Positions 50,696-63,384 are shown, numbered from the whole stretch's first letter. The stretch: DNA of 63,736 bases, filler included, from Octopus bimaculoides (GCF_001194135.2; 6 parts of 6 records of this genome joined end to end with filler, not necessarily neighbours in it); one strand, 5' to 3'. Translations and numbers: made by a program. Notes: generated from the sequence alone by a model not told the origin.

Positions 50696-51890
50696 CATTG
50701 ATAGGCCATTAAAATGAGGAATGGCGTATTTTCATAGAGAGCTCTAAGCGTAGTCTAATGTGTATGGCTCTGTCCCACTCGGTCACTCAACGACTCTGAA
50801 GGAAAAATACGAAGAAATTAAGTTGGTTATAGAGAAGATACTATATCATGGTCATAAGTGGGTCATCTGCATTGACTTAAAGATGGTGAATTTTCTCATG
50901 GGACAGCAATCTGGTTATACCAAATACCCATACTTTCTTTGCACGTGGGATAGTAAAGACAGAGTAAACCCCTATGTTAAGAAAGACTGGCTGCCTCGAA
51001 CAAATATGGCTCCATGTACAGCTGCCAATATATTAGAAGAACATTTAGTTGAGTGAGATAAGATCCTTTATCCCCTTTTGCACATCAAACTCAGATTGAT
51101 CAAGCAATTCGTCAAAGCTATTGACAAAAATGCGGAGTGCTTTAAGTATATCTGCAGAGTATTTCCAGATTTGACGATTGAAAAACTTAAAGCAAGGATT
51201 TTTGATGGACCACAGATCCGTAAGCTCTTGAAGGACACAAATTTCGTAAAAACGATGAGTGAAAACGAAGCATATGCCTGACTAGTATTTGCAGAAGTAG
51301 TGCAAAATTTCCTTGGAAAACACAAAAGTGAAAACTATAAAGACTTTGTTACCAGCTTGGTATCAATTTTTCGTGATATTGGCGCGGATATGAGCATCAA
51401 AATGAATTATCTTTTTAGTCATCTTGATCGTTTTCCTGAAAATCTCGGAGATGTTAGCGATGAACAAGGCGAACGATTCCATCAGGACATCAAGGGGCTG
51501 GAAACTCGGTACCAAGGACATTGGGACGCTGTGATGATGGCTGACTATTGCTGGTGTTTGAAACGAGATACTCCTGCTCAACATTCACGGTGCACAAAGA
51601 AGCGTAAATCAATTCCTTGAATTTTCTGCCAAACAATTTTGCCAATGTGCATTTTCAATTTTGAATTTTTATTTGTACTTTGTTTTGTTTTGTGTTACGC
51701 TCTCTTTATTGATTTATGTTATATGCCTCTTGTACGAATAAAATACTTACTCCATCAGGTCTCGTCAGAAAACTAAACCTGATAGAGAAAAATTGAAGCT
51801 ATTTTTGAATTTAGCAGGCAAAATCACTTAAGAATTCATTGAAATATTCCAGGCATCAGACAAAAAAAAAAAAAAAAATGTTGCCCAATG
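50696..51890 (+). mobile_element. Chapaev3-like (CMC/Transib-related) DNA transposon, 3' part of a pseudogenised transposase plus right end
   Basis: EWRIFIESSKRSL; WVICIDLKMVNFLMGQQSGYTKYPYFLCTWDS; LHIKL; FDGPQIRKL; MSIKM.YLFSHLD.FPENLGDVSDEQGERFHQDI...YQG.W...MADYCW. In-frame stops. Ends ...GTTGCCCAATG|TAA. Superfamily assignment is from memory. Confidence 0.65.
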
Positions 51891-52113
51891 TAATTATGCA
51901 AACCGACATATTTTTTTTTGTGTATCTGTTTTTAATAAGTCAATTATTTAATTTAATTTCAGTATTTATGCTCGCTATATCTATAGACAGTTCTGCTTCA
52001 GAAATTTCCTTTTTTTCATCAATTTGAAACGAAACAGAAAATTAAGTATTTCAAATGTATGAGTTTTTAATAGGAAAATAGCAAGTACATAGAAACAAAT
52101 AATGTGGTATGAA

Positions 52114-52189
<76 letters not shown>

Positions 52190-52620
52190 GTCTGTCTGTC
52201 TGTCTGTCTGTCTGTGTGTCTGTCTGTCTATCGGCATACACTTAAGGAAAAAAACTTTCTTACATACTAAATAGCTCTATATCTGATTATATATAAGTTT
52301 ATAACGTAAGTAATCCCTCTTTTTTAAACCTTTTTACTCGTATAGTATTTCTTAATCTTCTTAAAAATATACCAAGCTGTGCCTAGATAATTAATTACGG
52401 CATATAATACATATTTTAGTCTATGAATATTAAACCAATTATTTACAATAAATACTTAGATTATACATTTTGTAACCCAGAAATTATTCTTTAATACTAA
52501 CCAGCGATTTTTCTAAAAATATCTTAAGTCGAAAGGAGAATTGACGGTTAAGTAAAAGCTAAATATGTATTTGAAAATGCATATACCTCCTTAGGAAGGA
52601 ATTCCAACCATATTTCGTGG

Positions 52621-53105
52621 TCTGCTACCACAACAGCTCCTTTATAGGCTCCAGTTAGCTCAAGACATCATCAGGAGGAACCACGTCCGGTTTCGGCCCC
52701 TACTCCTCTACCGTTTTGACGTGGCGGCCCCCCCTTTCGGAGGTGTCTTCAGCTCTGGTGTTGGGTGCATGTCTTCTTTCTTCTATTCCTTGGCCTCTTC
52801 GATGCAGCATCAACGAGTGTCAGCGTCCGACTGATTGTCATGTCAAATTCCCCCTTTTATACCTGCTGCTAGGCTCCAGCAGGCTGCCCCAGCAAGTTGT
52901 CACGTGACACTATCTAAATTTCCCGCTGCTAGGGTCCAGTAGGCAGCCCCAGCAAGTTGTCACATGACACTGTCTAAACTTCCCGCTGCTAGGCTCCAGC
53001 AAGTAGCCCCAGCAAGTTGTCACACGACACCGTCTAAACTTTAACTGACAATGCAGGGCGCGAAGCCACTTCAGTGTCAGCCTGTCTCACCTAGGCATGT
53101 TATGA
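52621..53105 (-). mobile_element. Probable retrotransposon LTR with adjacent tRNA-iMet-type primer binding site
   Basis: Minus strand order: 60-bp tandem repeats, TATAAAAGGGG (52861-52851), GC-rich R/U5-like tract, TATAAA near the end, then TGGTAGCAGA (52630-52621), complementary to the 3' end of initiator tRNA-Met. Canonical TG..CA ends are not clear. Confidence 0.5.
52862..53041. repeat. 60-bp tandem repeat x3 containing GTCACGTGAC-like E-boxes
   Basis: …ctgctaggctccagcaggctgccccagcaagttgtcacgtgacactatctaaatttcccg… repeated at period 60. Confidence 0.92.
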
Positions 53106-54495
53106 CTTCCAAGCCATATTTGGTCTTCCCGCTTCAGCCATATATAGAAGCTGGTATTTCTCAACGTACACACAAATACAGCTTGACCAGTAATAAAATT
53201 CATTTAAGCAGTTTCATAAACAGAATGTCAGTTTTTAATATTACATATATTAGCACCTACTTAATATATTTTTTAGTCTTCATTCAAATAAACATGACTA
53301 CAAGAATGAATGTACTAATCCCAAAATGATGACTAAGAAAAAAATCTATGTACTTCAAACGTCTTTTTTAGTTTTTCTGTCAGCTACTAACGAGTACAAA
53401 TATGTCTATTACGATTTTCTGTTTATGCATATCTGAGTCCATTTGTACGAAACAATTGTATAGCAACATGAAAAATTAAAACTATAATCCATTTTAACAC
53501 CTAATTTCTTCCATTACAAATATCCGAATGAATTCGTTTAATAAGTTAAGTCATATACTGGATACATTAGAATCGTTTGCGAGAAATGTTATTAAACAGT
53601 GCGACAGACTTCACTAACAACTCAATGAGAGACTTGTTTATATGATCAGAAAGCAGAGCAATATTTCAAGGACGGAATCTAATACAAACTTTCATACCTA
53701 TACGAATTTATATAAGAAAATTCGAAACTAAAGTATGAAGAAAAGATATAAGAAATCTTTGGAAATAATTCCAATTAAAGGATGACCATACATTCATCTG
53801 ATAAAAAAATATATAAAACATATATATAATATATAAATATATATATATATATATATGTATATGTATATGAATAAATATATATGTGTGTATGTGTGAGTGT
53901 GTGTAGAGTGGGTGTTTGCATTTGTGTGTGTGTATGCGCGCACATGTGTGCGTGCGTGCGTGTGTGTGCTCCGTTGCTGTTGTCTCTTACCACAGCTGGA
54001 CAACCGGTGTTGGTTTGTTTATGCCACTGTAACTTAGCGATTCGGCCAAAGAGACGCATAGAACAAGCCCTGTGGTCGATTTGTTCGACTAAAACCCCTT
54101 AAGGTGGTGCCCCAGCTTGGCCGCAGTCAAATGACTGAAACTAGTAAAAGAGTAAACGGGTGTGTATGTATGTATGTATATATGTATTTATGTATGTATG
54201 TATGTATGTATGTACATCTGTAGGTGTCTTAAAGTACAACGAAAAAGACTTCTTTTCAACAAATCCCTTTAGTTTTACACGTGTATGTCTTTCACATGTT
54301 ACTGGGCCTAAAATATTAACTGTGGCAGCGTTTTATTCATGACCATGTGTATTCTGCCATTACAGACATATCAACTTCCGGATATACTGAAGTTTGTCAC
54401 GTGTTATATAAGAATCTCTGTCTCTTTCTCTCTCTCTCTCTCTTTCTTTCTCTCTCTCTCTTTCCTTCTCTCTCTCTTTCTTTCTCTCTCTCTGC

Positions 54496-54550
<55 letters not shown>

Positions 54551-54570
54551 GTTCATCCATCCATCCACCC

Positions 54571-54626
<56 letters not shown>

Positions 54627-54979
54627 GNNNNNNNNNNNNNNNNNNNNNNNNNNNNNNNNNNNNNNNNNNNNTTAATTAATTAANNNNNNNNNNNNNNNNN
54701 NNNNNNNNNNNNNNNNNNNNNNNNNNNATGCCACTTCAGTATGACTTACCTGAATGTTTCTTCTTCGGAAATATGAGGCGGATGTGTTATGCATGTAAAA
54801 CTGGTCTTAATGAACATCTCTATAAGAATTATTCCTGTAATTCTCTCAGTTCAAGCAGGTATCATAGTTCATCTTTAAACAAGGTGGATAACTCTAGCTG
54901 ACTCACGGAATATACGACAAAGTTTGTGGTTCAAATAAATATTATTCCGTTTGTGGTTCAAATAAGTATTACTCTAGCG

Positions 54980-55154
54980 CAGTGCTCTGCAACTGGTATG
55001 TCGCGTGCCATGCGACGATGCTAGGCGTGCCGCAGTGTAACTTTAATACAATTTTTCCCTATACTTTTTCTTATATATTCTTAGTTCAGGTGTGCCGCCG
55101 AATTTTGAAATGAATATAAGTGTGCCGCAAGTGAAAAAGGGTTACGGAGCGTTG
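54980..55154. mobile_element. hAT (Charlie-type) MITE with 8-bp TSD
   Basis: CTCTAGCG | CAGTGCTCTGCAAC ... GTTACGGAGCGTTG | CTCTAGCG. Confidence 0.85.
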
Positions 55155-55862
55155 CTCTAGCGTCGACGAGGACGAACTAGCTGGGATGTTTCCGAAGAAG
55201 TTCGGGTCAGGAATCACAACGCATGATTTTCAAAACTCAATGATCTGGCAGTGCTTTCGAGAGATACTTTTTACCTAAATTTCATACTTGCTTCAGATAA
55301 TCTTCAGGAGCATGGAGGTGTCGCCAGGCTCGACATCCGAGGTGTGGGCTGAACGCCGAAATAATTCCAGCTCGTGCACTGTCCGAGCATTGTATTGAAC
55401 AGCTGTTATCGCGCGTAGAACGAATTCCGATTATTGCCCTAGTTCTTCGTTGAAGATTGCTCACTCATTTTCAACAAGGTGAAGCAGATGGTGTTCCTCT
55501 GTGTAGGGGCTATGAGGAAAGGTGTTGTGTGCTGGTGGTCGTGACAGAAAGAATTGAAAACAGACGCTTTCCTTTTCGACTTATACAAGTTTTACTTGGT
55601 AAAGAAAGTGAGGGCAGAGAGGGACATGCTCCCCCTCTGCAACATTTATTGCGTATGGTATAGATTTGAGAATGTGTTTTGGCTGCTATTTCTAACAAGA
55701 AAATCCCTATATGTGATCATTTACAGACTTTCTCTTTATAGTGGACTATGAGGTGTTTACAGAATGTAGGTTTTACAAGCGGTTACTAATCTAGCTCGAT
55801 ATTGTTTATATTAGATGCTTAGACGGCTACTGGTGTTTACAGCGTAATATATAGTCAGGTGT

Positions 55863-56245
55863 GGAGGCGCAATGGCCCGGTGGTCAAGGGAGCGAACTCG
55901 CGGTCATAGGATCGCGGTTTCGATTCCCAGACCGGGCGTTGTGAGTGTTTATTGAGCGAAAACACCTAAAAGCTCCACGTGGCTCCGGCAGTGGATGGTG
56001 GCGAACCCTGCTGTACTCTTCCACCACAACTTTCACTCACTCTTACTTCCTGTTTCTGTTGTGCCTGTAATTCAAAGGGTCAGCCTTGTCACGCTGTGTC
56101 ACGCTGAATATCCCCGAGAACTACGTTAAGGGCACATATGTCTGAGGAGTGCTCAGCCACTTGTATGTTAATTTCACGAGCAGGCTGTTCCGTTGATCGG
56201 ATCAACTGGAACCCTCGACATCGTAAGCGACGGAGTGCCAACAAC
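55863..56245 (+). mobile_element. Full-length tRNA-derived SINE (~380 bp)
   Basis: A box TGGCCCGGTGG, B box GGTTTCGATTCC; body shared with 59312-59679 (-), 41650-42370 and 14078-14135. Confidence 0.88.
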
Positions 56246-56254
56246 ATCTGACTG

Positions 56255-57240
56255 ATAACATTTACCGTATTATGTAAGGTGTTCCAGGTAGAGCAAAACT
56301 AATTAATTAAGCAAGCATGCAGCTAATTAATTAACTAATTAATTAAGCAAACAAGTAAAAAGATTAATTAAGCAAGCAACTAGTTAATTAAGTAAGCTAG
56401 CAACTAATTAATTAATTAATAAAGCAAGCAAGAAACTAATTCATTAAGTATTTAATTAAGTAATCAACTAATTGTTTAACTAATTAATTAGGTAAGCAAT
56501 TAATTAATTAGCTAATTAATCAAACAAGCAAATATTTAATTAATTAAATAAGCAAGCGACTAATTAATTAACAAACAACTAATTAATAAGCAAGCAACTA
56601 ATTAATTAAGCAGGCAACTAATTAAGTAACTAATTAAATAAGGAAGCAACAACGGATTAATTAATTGATTAAGCAAGCAACTAAATAGTTAACTAATTAT
56701 TTAAGCAAGTAAGCAACTAATTAATTAAGCAAGCAACTAATTAATGAGCTAATTAATTAAGGGAAGCAAGCAACTTATTAATTTACAAATTAAGCAAGCA
56801 GGCAACTAATTAATTATCTAATTATTTAATTTAGCAAGCAGCTATTTAATCAACTAATTAAGTAAGCAAGCAAGCAACTAATTAAATAAGCAAGCGACTA
56901 ATTAATTAAGCAAGCCAGCAACTAAGGTGTTCCAAGCAGAGCGAAATACCAGACTGCTTTTATACTGTTACCCGTGATACGGTTGATGAACTTTTCCATC
57001 CCTTTCTTCATTAGTTCCGGTACTCCAATAACCACTGATATTATTTCGGTTGTCTTTTATAACCGGTGCGTATTTTCAAGCTTCATTCTACCTGTGGATT
57101 TATTCGGGCTTTGCTAGTTCCAGGTGCTTATTGACGATGTGGTCGATGGTATCTCCACGTTTTCCGCAGATCTGGCACAGTGGATCTGTTCCATCCTCTA
57201 TGATACAATGATGTTAGGATCTGCTTGCATGACTAACAAT
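56255..57240 (-). mobile_element. Decayed, internally deleted R4/Dong-like fragment interrupted by a TAAT-rich satellite
   Basis: DPLCQICGKRGDTIDHIV...ELAKPE; EIISVVIG; FALLGTP / PGTPYIIR on both sides of the satellite. Confidence 0.65.
56299..56922. repeat. 624-bp degenerate (CTAATTAATTAAGCAAGCAA)-type satellite flanked by a 24-bp direct repeat
   Basis: Flanks TAAGGTGTTCCAGGTAGAGCAAAA (56275-56298) and TAAGGTGTTCCAAGCAGAGCGAAA (56923-56946), 3 mismatches. Confidence 0.85.
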
Positions 57241-57315
57241 TATCTGACCATTTATCTCTACTTTCACTCCAGTATTTTAATGTGTTTATGTGTCTACACT
57301 TGATCTACGTATATC

Positions 57316-57328
57316 ATTATTATTGTTG

Positions 57329-57387
<59 letters not shown>

Positions 57388-57491
57388 TTATGTTTGACTT
57401 TTGTTTTGCATTTGTACAAGTTGGATCCAAGTCTCACCCAGAGACCTCAAGAGACAACAAGTTAGAAGTTCATGTAGGTGTTATGCCTAGG
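57316..57491 (-). mobile_element. Family A 3' end with (AAT)n tail
   Basis: 57385-57491 nearly identical to 40234-40340; preceded by (TTA)n; runs into a gap. Confidence 0.88.
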
Positions 57492-57740
57492 NNNNNNNNN
57501 NNNNNNNNNNNNNNNNNNNNNNNNNNNNNNNNNNNTTAATTAATTAANNNNNNNNNNNNNNNNNNNNNNNNNNNNNNNNNNNNNNNNNNNNGTTCCATAT
57601 GTATGTTTGTGTATATGCATGTAGCAGTGAGTTGTCTGAAATATATCAATAAAACTAGTTATCTGTATTCAGTGAGTTTTTGAAATGCATGCTAATGCTG
57701 TAATATTTTTACATATATTACCAGTTGGCTATTCATGCAA

Positions 57741-57784
<44 letters not shown>

Positions 57785-57967
57785 CAAAATAGGAAAGCGG
57801 AAATTTCTTTGCTATTATTTATTCTACATTACATGTGTTTCATTTGCTAAAAGAAATCACAAGTAATATACAACAGCAACTGTAACTATATATTGGATTG
57901 TAATAATGGAATAAGCAGGAAAAAAACAGGAAAAAGCTGGGATTTACATTAACTACCTACATAACAC

Positions 57968-57998
<31 letters not shown>

Positions 57999-58379
57999 CA
58001 TCTTTTATCTTTTTTCTTTTACTTGTTTCAGTCACTTGATTGGTCATGCTGAGGCTCAGCCTTGAAGTCAAACTAATCAGCCCCAGGACTTTTTTTTAAA
58101 GCCTAGTACTTATTCTATAAGTTCTTTTTTGCCGAACCGCTAAGTTACAGGGACATAAACACGAACAACACCGGTTGTGCAGCGGTGGTAGGAGGCAACG
58201 ACAGAAACAAAGACACACACACACACACACACATATTCCCGATGCACTTCTTTCAGTTACTGTCCACCAAATCCACTTGCAAGACTTTGGTTGGCCCAAG
58301 GCTATCGTAGAAGACTGAACCCAGAACCATGTGGTTGTGGCTGGGAAGCAAACTTCTTACCACACAGCTATACCTGATA

Positions 58380-58560
58380 TATATATATATATGGGAGAAT
58401 TTACGAGAAAAACAACAGATGAGGACAGGTGGTGTAAACAACAAAAGGATGTATTAGATTAACGCTTGGGAATAGAGAAAGTCTTTAATGTTTCAAGCTA
58501 CGAATTCAACAGAAAGAAATAAGGAGAAAAACAAGGAGAAAAAAAATTTTTAATGTCGTG
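58380..58560 (-). mobile_element. Penelope pLTR-like end with degenerate minimal HHR (58483-58516)
   Basis: Adjacent to (TA)n. Reverse complement reads CTTT CTGTTGA ATTCGTAGCTT GAAA CAT T AAAG (stem I CTTT/AAAG; A6>U and broken stem II). Confidence 0.45.
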
Positions 58561-58893
58561 GTCAGCGATTTATCATGGCAACTGCCGGACAGAAAGTTCA
58601 CACAGGAGAGCTAAGAAAAAGGGGAGATAACAAAAGGGGATATACACACTGATTTTTCAAAAAGTAGAAAAAGAAAGATGTGACTGATTTCACAGCTGTC
58701 TTGCTTCTGTCTAGTGTTTGAAGTTTGCCCTATTTCTATAGGATGTTCATGGCTCAAATTAGTATATGTTTTGAATAGGATTTGATTGGTAGAGGACAGT
58801 CACATGACTGGTCTTAGAAATTTTTTTGTTCACTCTATGCCCTTGTTTGCCTGCTCTGTTTAACCCTCTGTGGGCAATAAAGAAATAAAGAGA

Positions 58894-58942
<49 letters not shown>

Positions 58943-59311
58943 ATTCAAGTGTCTCCTGAAAACACAGCACTGTAAAATATGAAAGAAGGGTTTATTTTCT
59001 GATTTTCTGAGTTCAAAACCTGTTACAGTTGATTTTGATTCTCATCTCTATAGCAGAAAGAAAGAATATCAATAAAATAGCAATATGTCTTTCATAAGGA
59101 CTCCTTCAGTTAAACATGCCTAACACCTTCACAATTCTGTTGTTTTGCAATGTTCCCCACTTCACTGCTGTATCATGATAAGCAAGATCATGAGCTGAAA
59201 ATTCCACTCTCATCTTTTACATCACAGTAAATAATGAGAGAAGGGTTTACAGTTAGAAATGCCATATCAAGTGTGAGTCTTAAACCAGTGGTTCGAAGTG
59301 TGTTGTGTGTG

Positions 59312-59679
59312 TGTTGGCACTCCGTCGCGGGTTCCAGTTGATCCGATGAACGGAACAGCCTGCTCGTGAAATTGACGTGCAAGTGGCTGAGCACTCCACA
59401 GACACGGATATTCAGCATGACACAGGGGATATTCAGCATGACATAGTGTGACAAGGCTGACCCTTTTGAATTACAGGCACAACAGAAACAGGAAGTAAGA
59501 GTGAGAGAAAGTTGTGGTGGAAGAGTACAGCAGGGTTTGCCACCAGCCCCCCTGCCGGAGCCGCGTGGAGCTTTAGGTGTTTTCGCTCAATAAACACTCA
59601 CAACGCCTGGTCTGGGAATCGAAACCGCGATCCTATAACCGTGAGTCCGCTTCCCTAACTACTGGGCCATTGCGCCTCC
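59312..59679 (-). mobile_element. Full-length tRNA-derived SINE, same family as 55863
   Basis: Reverse complement of the 55863 copy with an internal deletion/duplication near 59400-59440. Confidence 0.88.
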
Positions 59680-60219
59680 ACTGTGGTTCGAAGACATACT
59701 TGGCTATAGGATTATCTCTTCTTTCTTTTCTTCCTCTTTTGTACATGCTCTGGGTAGGTTTTATTGAATTTTTCAAGCATGAGGGTCACTGTGTGTGTAT
59801 GTGTATGCATGTGTGTGTGTGTGTGTGTGTGTGTGAGTGAGTGAGACAGTGTCTTTGTGTGTATGTGAGAGAGATGATGTCAGAGAAAGAGACAGAAAGA
59901 GTTATATGTACTCTTGACCTCATCTACAATACAGTGACTCAGCAACTGGCTGTGTGGTGGTTTATACTGTTTTATAGTGTGTTTATACTATGTTTTATAC
60001 ACATGCACATGCATACACATACACACACACATGCACACACAAGCACACACACACTCACACACACACACACCTACAACCCAGATTGGTAGCCATAATCATA
60101 AACCTATGAACTCTCACAAGTAGTCACAAACAGAGGCACAGATTTACACACACATATTGTGCATAGAAAGGGTGTCTGTTTTACACACACACACACATAA
60201 ACATACATACACACACACA

Positions 60220-60720
60220 TACAGAGGGTGTGCTGGGTATTTGAGAATAAAGCAACAAACTTCCAGAAAAATAGCACACACATTCAACAGATTTAACTAG
60301 ATACATCCAAGAAATAGGCCAGTCATTCAACAAAATTGCCCTAAGTGCCAACAATGGGCTTTGGTACAGTTACAGAATCAATCGCATGTTACAATCAGGT
60401 GATCCCCTATCTACAAGGGGGTGCTGGAAAGTTACTGGTTGAAAGTCTGACTGGAGACCCAACATTCCAAGTTGTTGACCCTACTACTGTCTGACATTAC
60501 ATTAGGATATAAGTGCTGAATGTGAAATATGGAATTAAACATTTAGCTTTCTTCCAGGTCATCTCCCCAGCCAGTCACCCCACAACTACAAAGGGGAGCT
60601 AAGAAGTTCCTAGCTTTAAAGGTATCGCGAAAGGCCTGGTTGGAGGCCCAAATTTCTGAGCTCTTTCACAGGGTTTAGAAAAACTGAAGGACTGCTGCAA
60701 TGAATCTGAGAGGGGAATGT
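60220..60720. mobile_element. Decayed mariner-like fragments
   Basis: TACAAGGGGGTGCTGGAAAGTT and TACAAAGGGGAGCTAAGAAGTTCC terminal-like motifs; weak. Confidence 0.35.
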
Positions 60721-60825
60721 TAAGTAAAATCATAATTAACTGATCTTCCTGTATTATGTATTATTTCTTTCCACCTTGTTTTGCACCTATGTACTCATAC
60801 ATATGTGCGCATATGTGTATGTATT

Positions 60826-60857
<32 letters not shown>

Positions 60858-61189
60858 AATGTTACTCTCTCCTTGTCTTGACATCATGTGACAGTCGTAA
60901 GAGAACGACACCATCATACAAGCAGAATTCTTTGTTTTCAATCTTCTGTGAAAAACATGTCTGGCCATTGGTGGAGATATTACCTAGCTTGCAAATTGGT
61001 TACGGATTGGATACAGGAAGGGCATCTGGCTGTAGAAAATTCCAAAATTCTACCTCTGCCCAATCCATGTGAGCATGGAAAAGTGGACATTAAAACAATA
61101 ATGATGATGATGACGACAAAGACAATGATGATGATGATGACAACAACGACAAGAACGATGACAATGATAATGATGAAGATGTTGATGAC

Positions 61190-61224
<35 letters not shown>

Positions 61225-61504
61225 CGATGATGATGAAATTGGTATGAAACAAATAGTCAAAGAGTGGACAGTTTACAGCTAGTCACTGGATACTGCCTTG
61301 TGTCTGTGACTAAGAATCAACTCCCAAATGACCCAGACAAAGCAACTATAAATAACCACCACTGGCTCACTTGCTGACTGTCTGGCTTGTAGGGCCTCTC
61401 TATTATTATAAAGTAATGACTGCACTATAATAATCAATACTGAGCAGAGAGTTAGCCTTAGCTTGCTGTAGTGAGTTCAGTCCCTTTAGAATATACAGTA
61501 AGGC

Positions 61505-61830
61505 AGTGTTTCTCAATCGGGGTTCCCCGGAAGCCTAGGGTTTCACAAAAGGTTCCTAGGATTTCCGCAAGGAAGAGTGAGATAAGCTAATGCTAATTTC
61601 ATGATCGTAATATTACTATACATGCACAACATATTATTGGTTATTGTAATATTGTAATATAGATATCATCCTATCTAACTTATTATGTTATAAAAAAATA
61701 TAACAACCATATACATGTGTGTGTGTGTGTGTGCGTGTGTGGTATTTACCATGTGAACTACGATGAAAAGATATGAGAAAGATATGGTATATAATTTTTT
61801 TTGTGCAGGAGTTCCTTGAGACATGTAATT
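61505..61830. mobile_element. Truncated hAT MITE
   Basis: CAGTGTTTCTCAATCGGGGTTCC left end; right TIR not found. Confidence 0.45.
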
Positions 61831-61919
61831 TCAGTTCTATATTTAAGAGATGAGGAATTATGTATATTATTTACATTATTTACATCTGACAGATATTTGT
61901 CCTCATCTCATTTGTTGTT

Positions 61920-61965
61920 AACACAACATTTCAGCTGATGTACTCTCCAGCCTTCATCAGGTGTC
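61920..61965 (-). ncRNA. Minimal type I hammerhead (Penelope pLTR type) with CpG decay, within a repeat fragment ~61850-61970
   Basis: Reverse complement reads GACAC CTGATGA A GGCTG GAGAGTACAT CAGCT GAAA TGT T GTGTT. Stem I GACAC/GTGTT, stem II GGCTG/CAGCT, loopless stem III ATGT (from palindromic ACGT). Confidence 0.65.
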
Positions 61966-62799
61966 CTGGAGTCGAATTGTTCGACTAAAGGCGGTGCTCC
62001 AGCATGGCCGCAGTCAAATGACGGAAACAAGTAAAAGAGTAAAAGAATAAAAGAGTAAAAGAGTAACCTTGTAGCGCACTGTGTTGCACCAATTCATCCT
62101 CAGGAGCATATTAAGGGCCACATGCTTTTGTCAACTTAATTACTCAAATGATTACTCCATGATACAGGATGGGATTGTACTGTAATTCAAAGGGCCAGCC
62201 TTGTCAAATACATTCACACACACACACAGTGTCATGCTCTGGATTACTTCAATGTCTATACTTCAATAAGTGAAAGAAACGATGAGGATGTCTACTAGAT
62301 GGACTATACCTGGGGTTTCAAAGAGACAGACTTGCATCACATAGTATAAGACTGATTCCATCTGATGATTATGTGGAATGGCCACATTAAGGCTTGTGGT
62401 TATGAGGTGGGTCATGATAGCAACAGTGGAAGGTATCAGGTCAGATTAACCAATCAACAGGTAGAGAAACAGAGGAGTGAGATGACTGGGTGCAGCTGTT
62501 TGGATGCTGACGATTTGGTATGGCTGACTGGACATTCAAACTGTGTTGGCAATAGTACTTTGGGGCACTGGATGCAAACATACATGTGTGCACACAGAAA
62601 TATATATATATAAAGAGAGATAGGGGGAGAGAGAGAGAAGGAGAGAGAGAGACAGACAGAAAGATAAACACTGCAATCTATTTATTGAGTACAATTAACA
62701 TGAACACTTTCCTTCTCTTCATATGCATAAGAGAAATATACTCACACAGATAAACAGATAGATAGATGGATAGATAAATAGATAGATAAATAGATAAAT

Positions 62800-62834
<35 letters not shown>

Positions 62835-62843
62835 AAGATAGAT

Positions 62844-62881
<38 letters not shown>

Positions 62882-63384
62882 AAATGTCTCATATCAAATA
62901 AGTCAGCGTGAAATCAGCAATACCAATTTGACAGTGCCAAAACAGCAGTGCCAAAACATCTACCCATGAAATGGAGGTCGATGAGTTTAGGGTTCACCTC
63001 TCTTTCCTGGGGTGAAGTGAGGAATAGAGGAATAAGCAGCTACCCGGGTTACTGATTCACTAAAGAATAAACTTAAAAAGAGAAATGGAAAAAGGTGAAA
63101 GGGACAGAGAGGAAATGTGGAGGTGAGAAATTTACACAGACAAGAACAGGTTTACATATGATGTTTCTGTTACCTGGTGCCATTTGCATGTATGCTTGAT
63201 ACAGAATTTGTGTGTGTATACTTGTATAATTTTAACATATTTATAAGGAAACTGTGTACAAAACAGCTATTTAAATGCACAAATAATGCAAAAATTATAT
63301 ATTGTCCTCTTCTGCATCAAATTATTTAGAAAACAAGGATGACACGCAAATTCGTGAAGTGTTCCATATTTTCTTCAAAGGAGT

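Noticed and set aside
52560-52770. CTGATGA and CTGAAGA...GAAA motifs on the minus strand as hammerheads
   Set aside because: Could not build consistent stems I, II and III with a valid NUH site.
52862-53041. CRISPR-like array
   Set aside because: Contiguous 60-bp tandem units without unique spacers, eukaryotic context, no cas genes.
55240-55760. GC-richer segment with short ORFs on both strands
   Set aside because: No recognisable motif or convincing splice pair.
62360-62395. CTGATGA followed by the ATGTGG/CCACAT hairpin
   Set aside because: No GAAA after the stem and no stem I/III.
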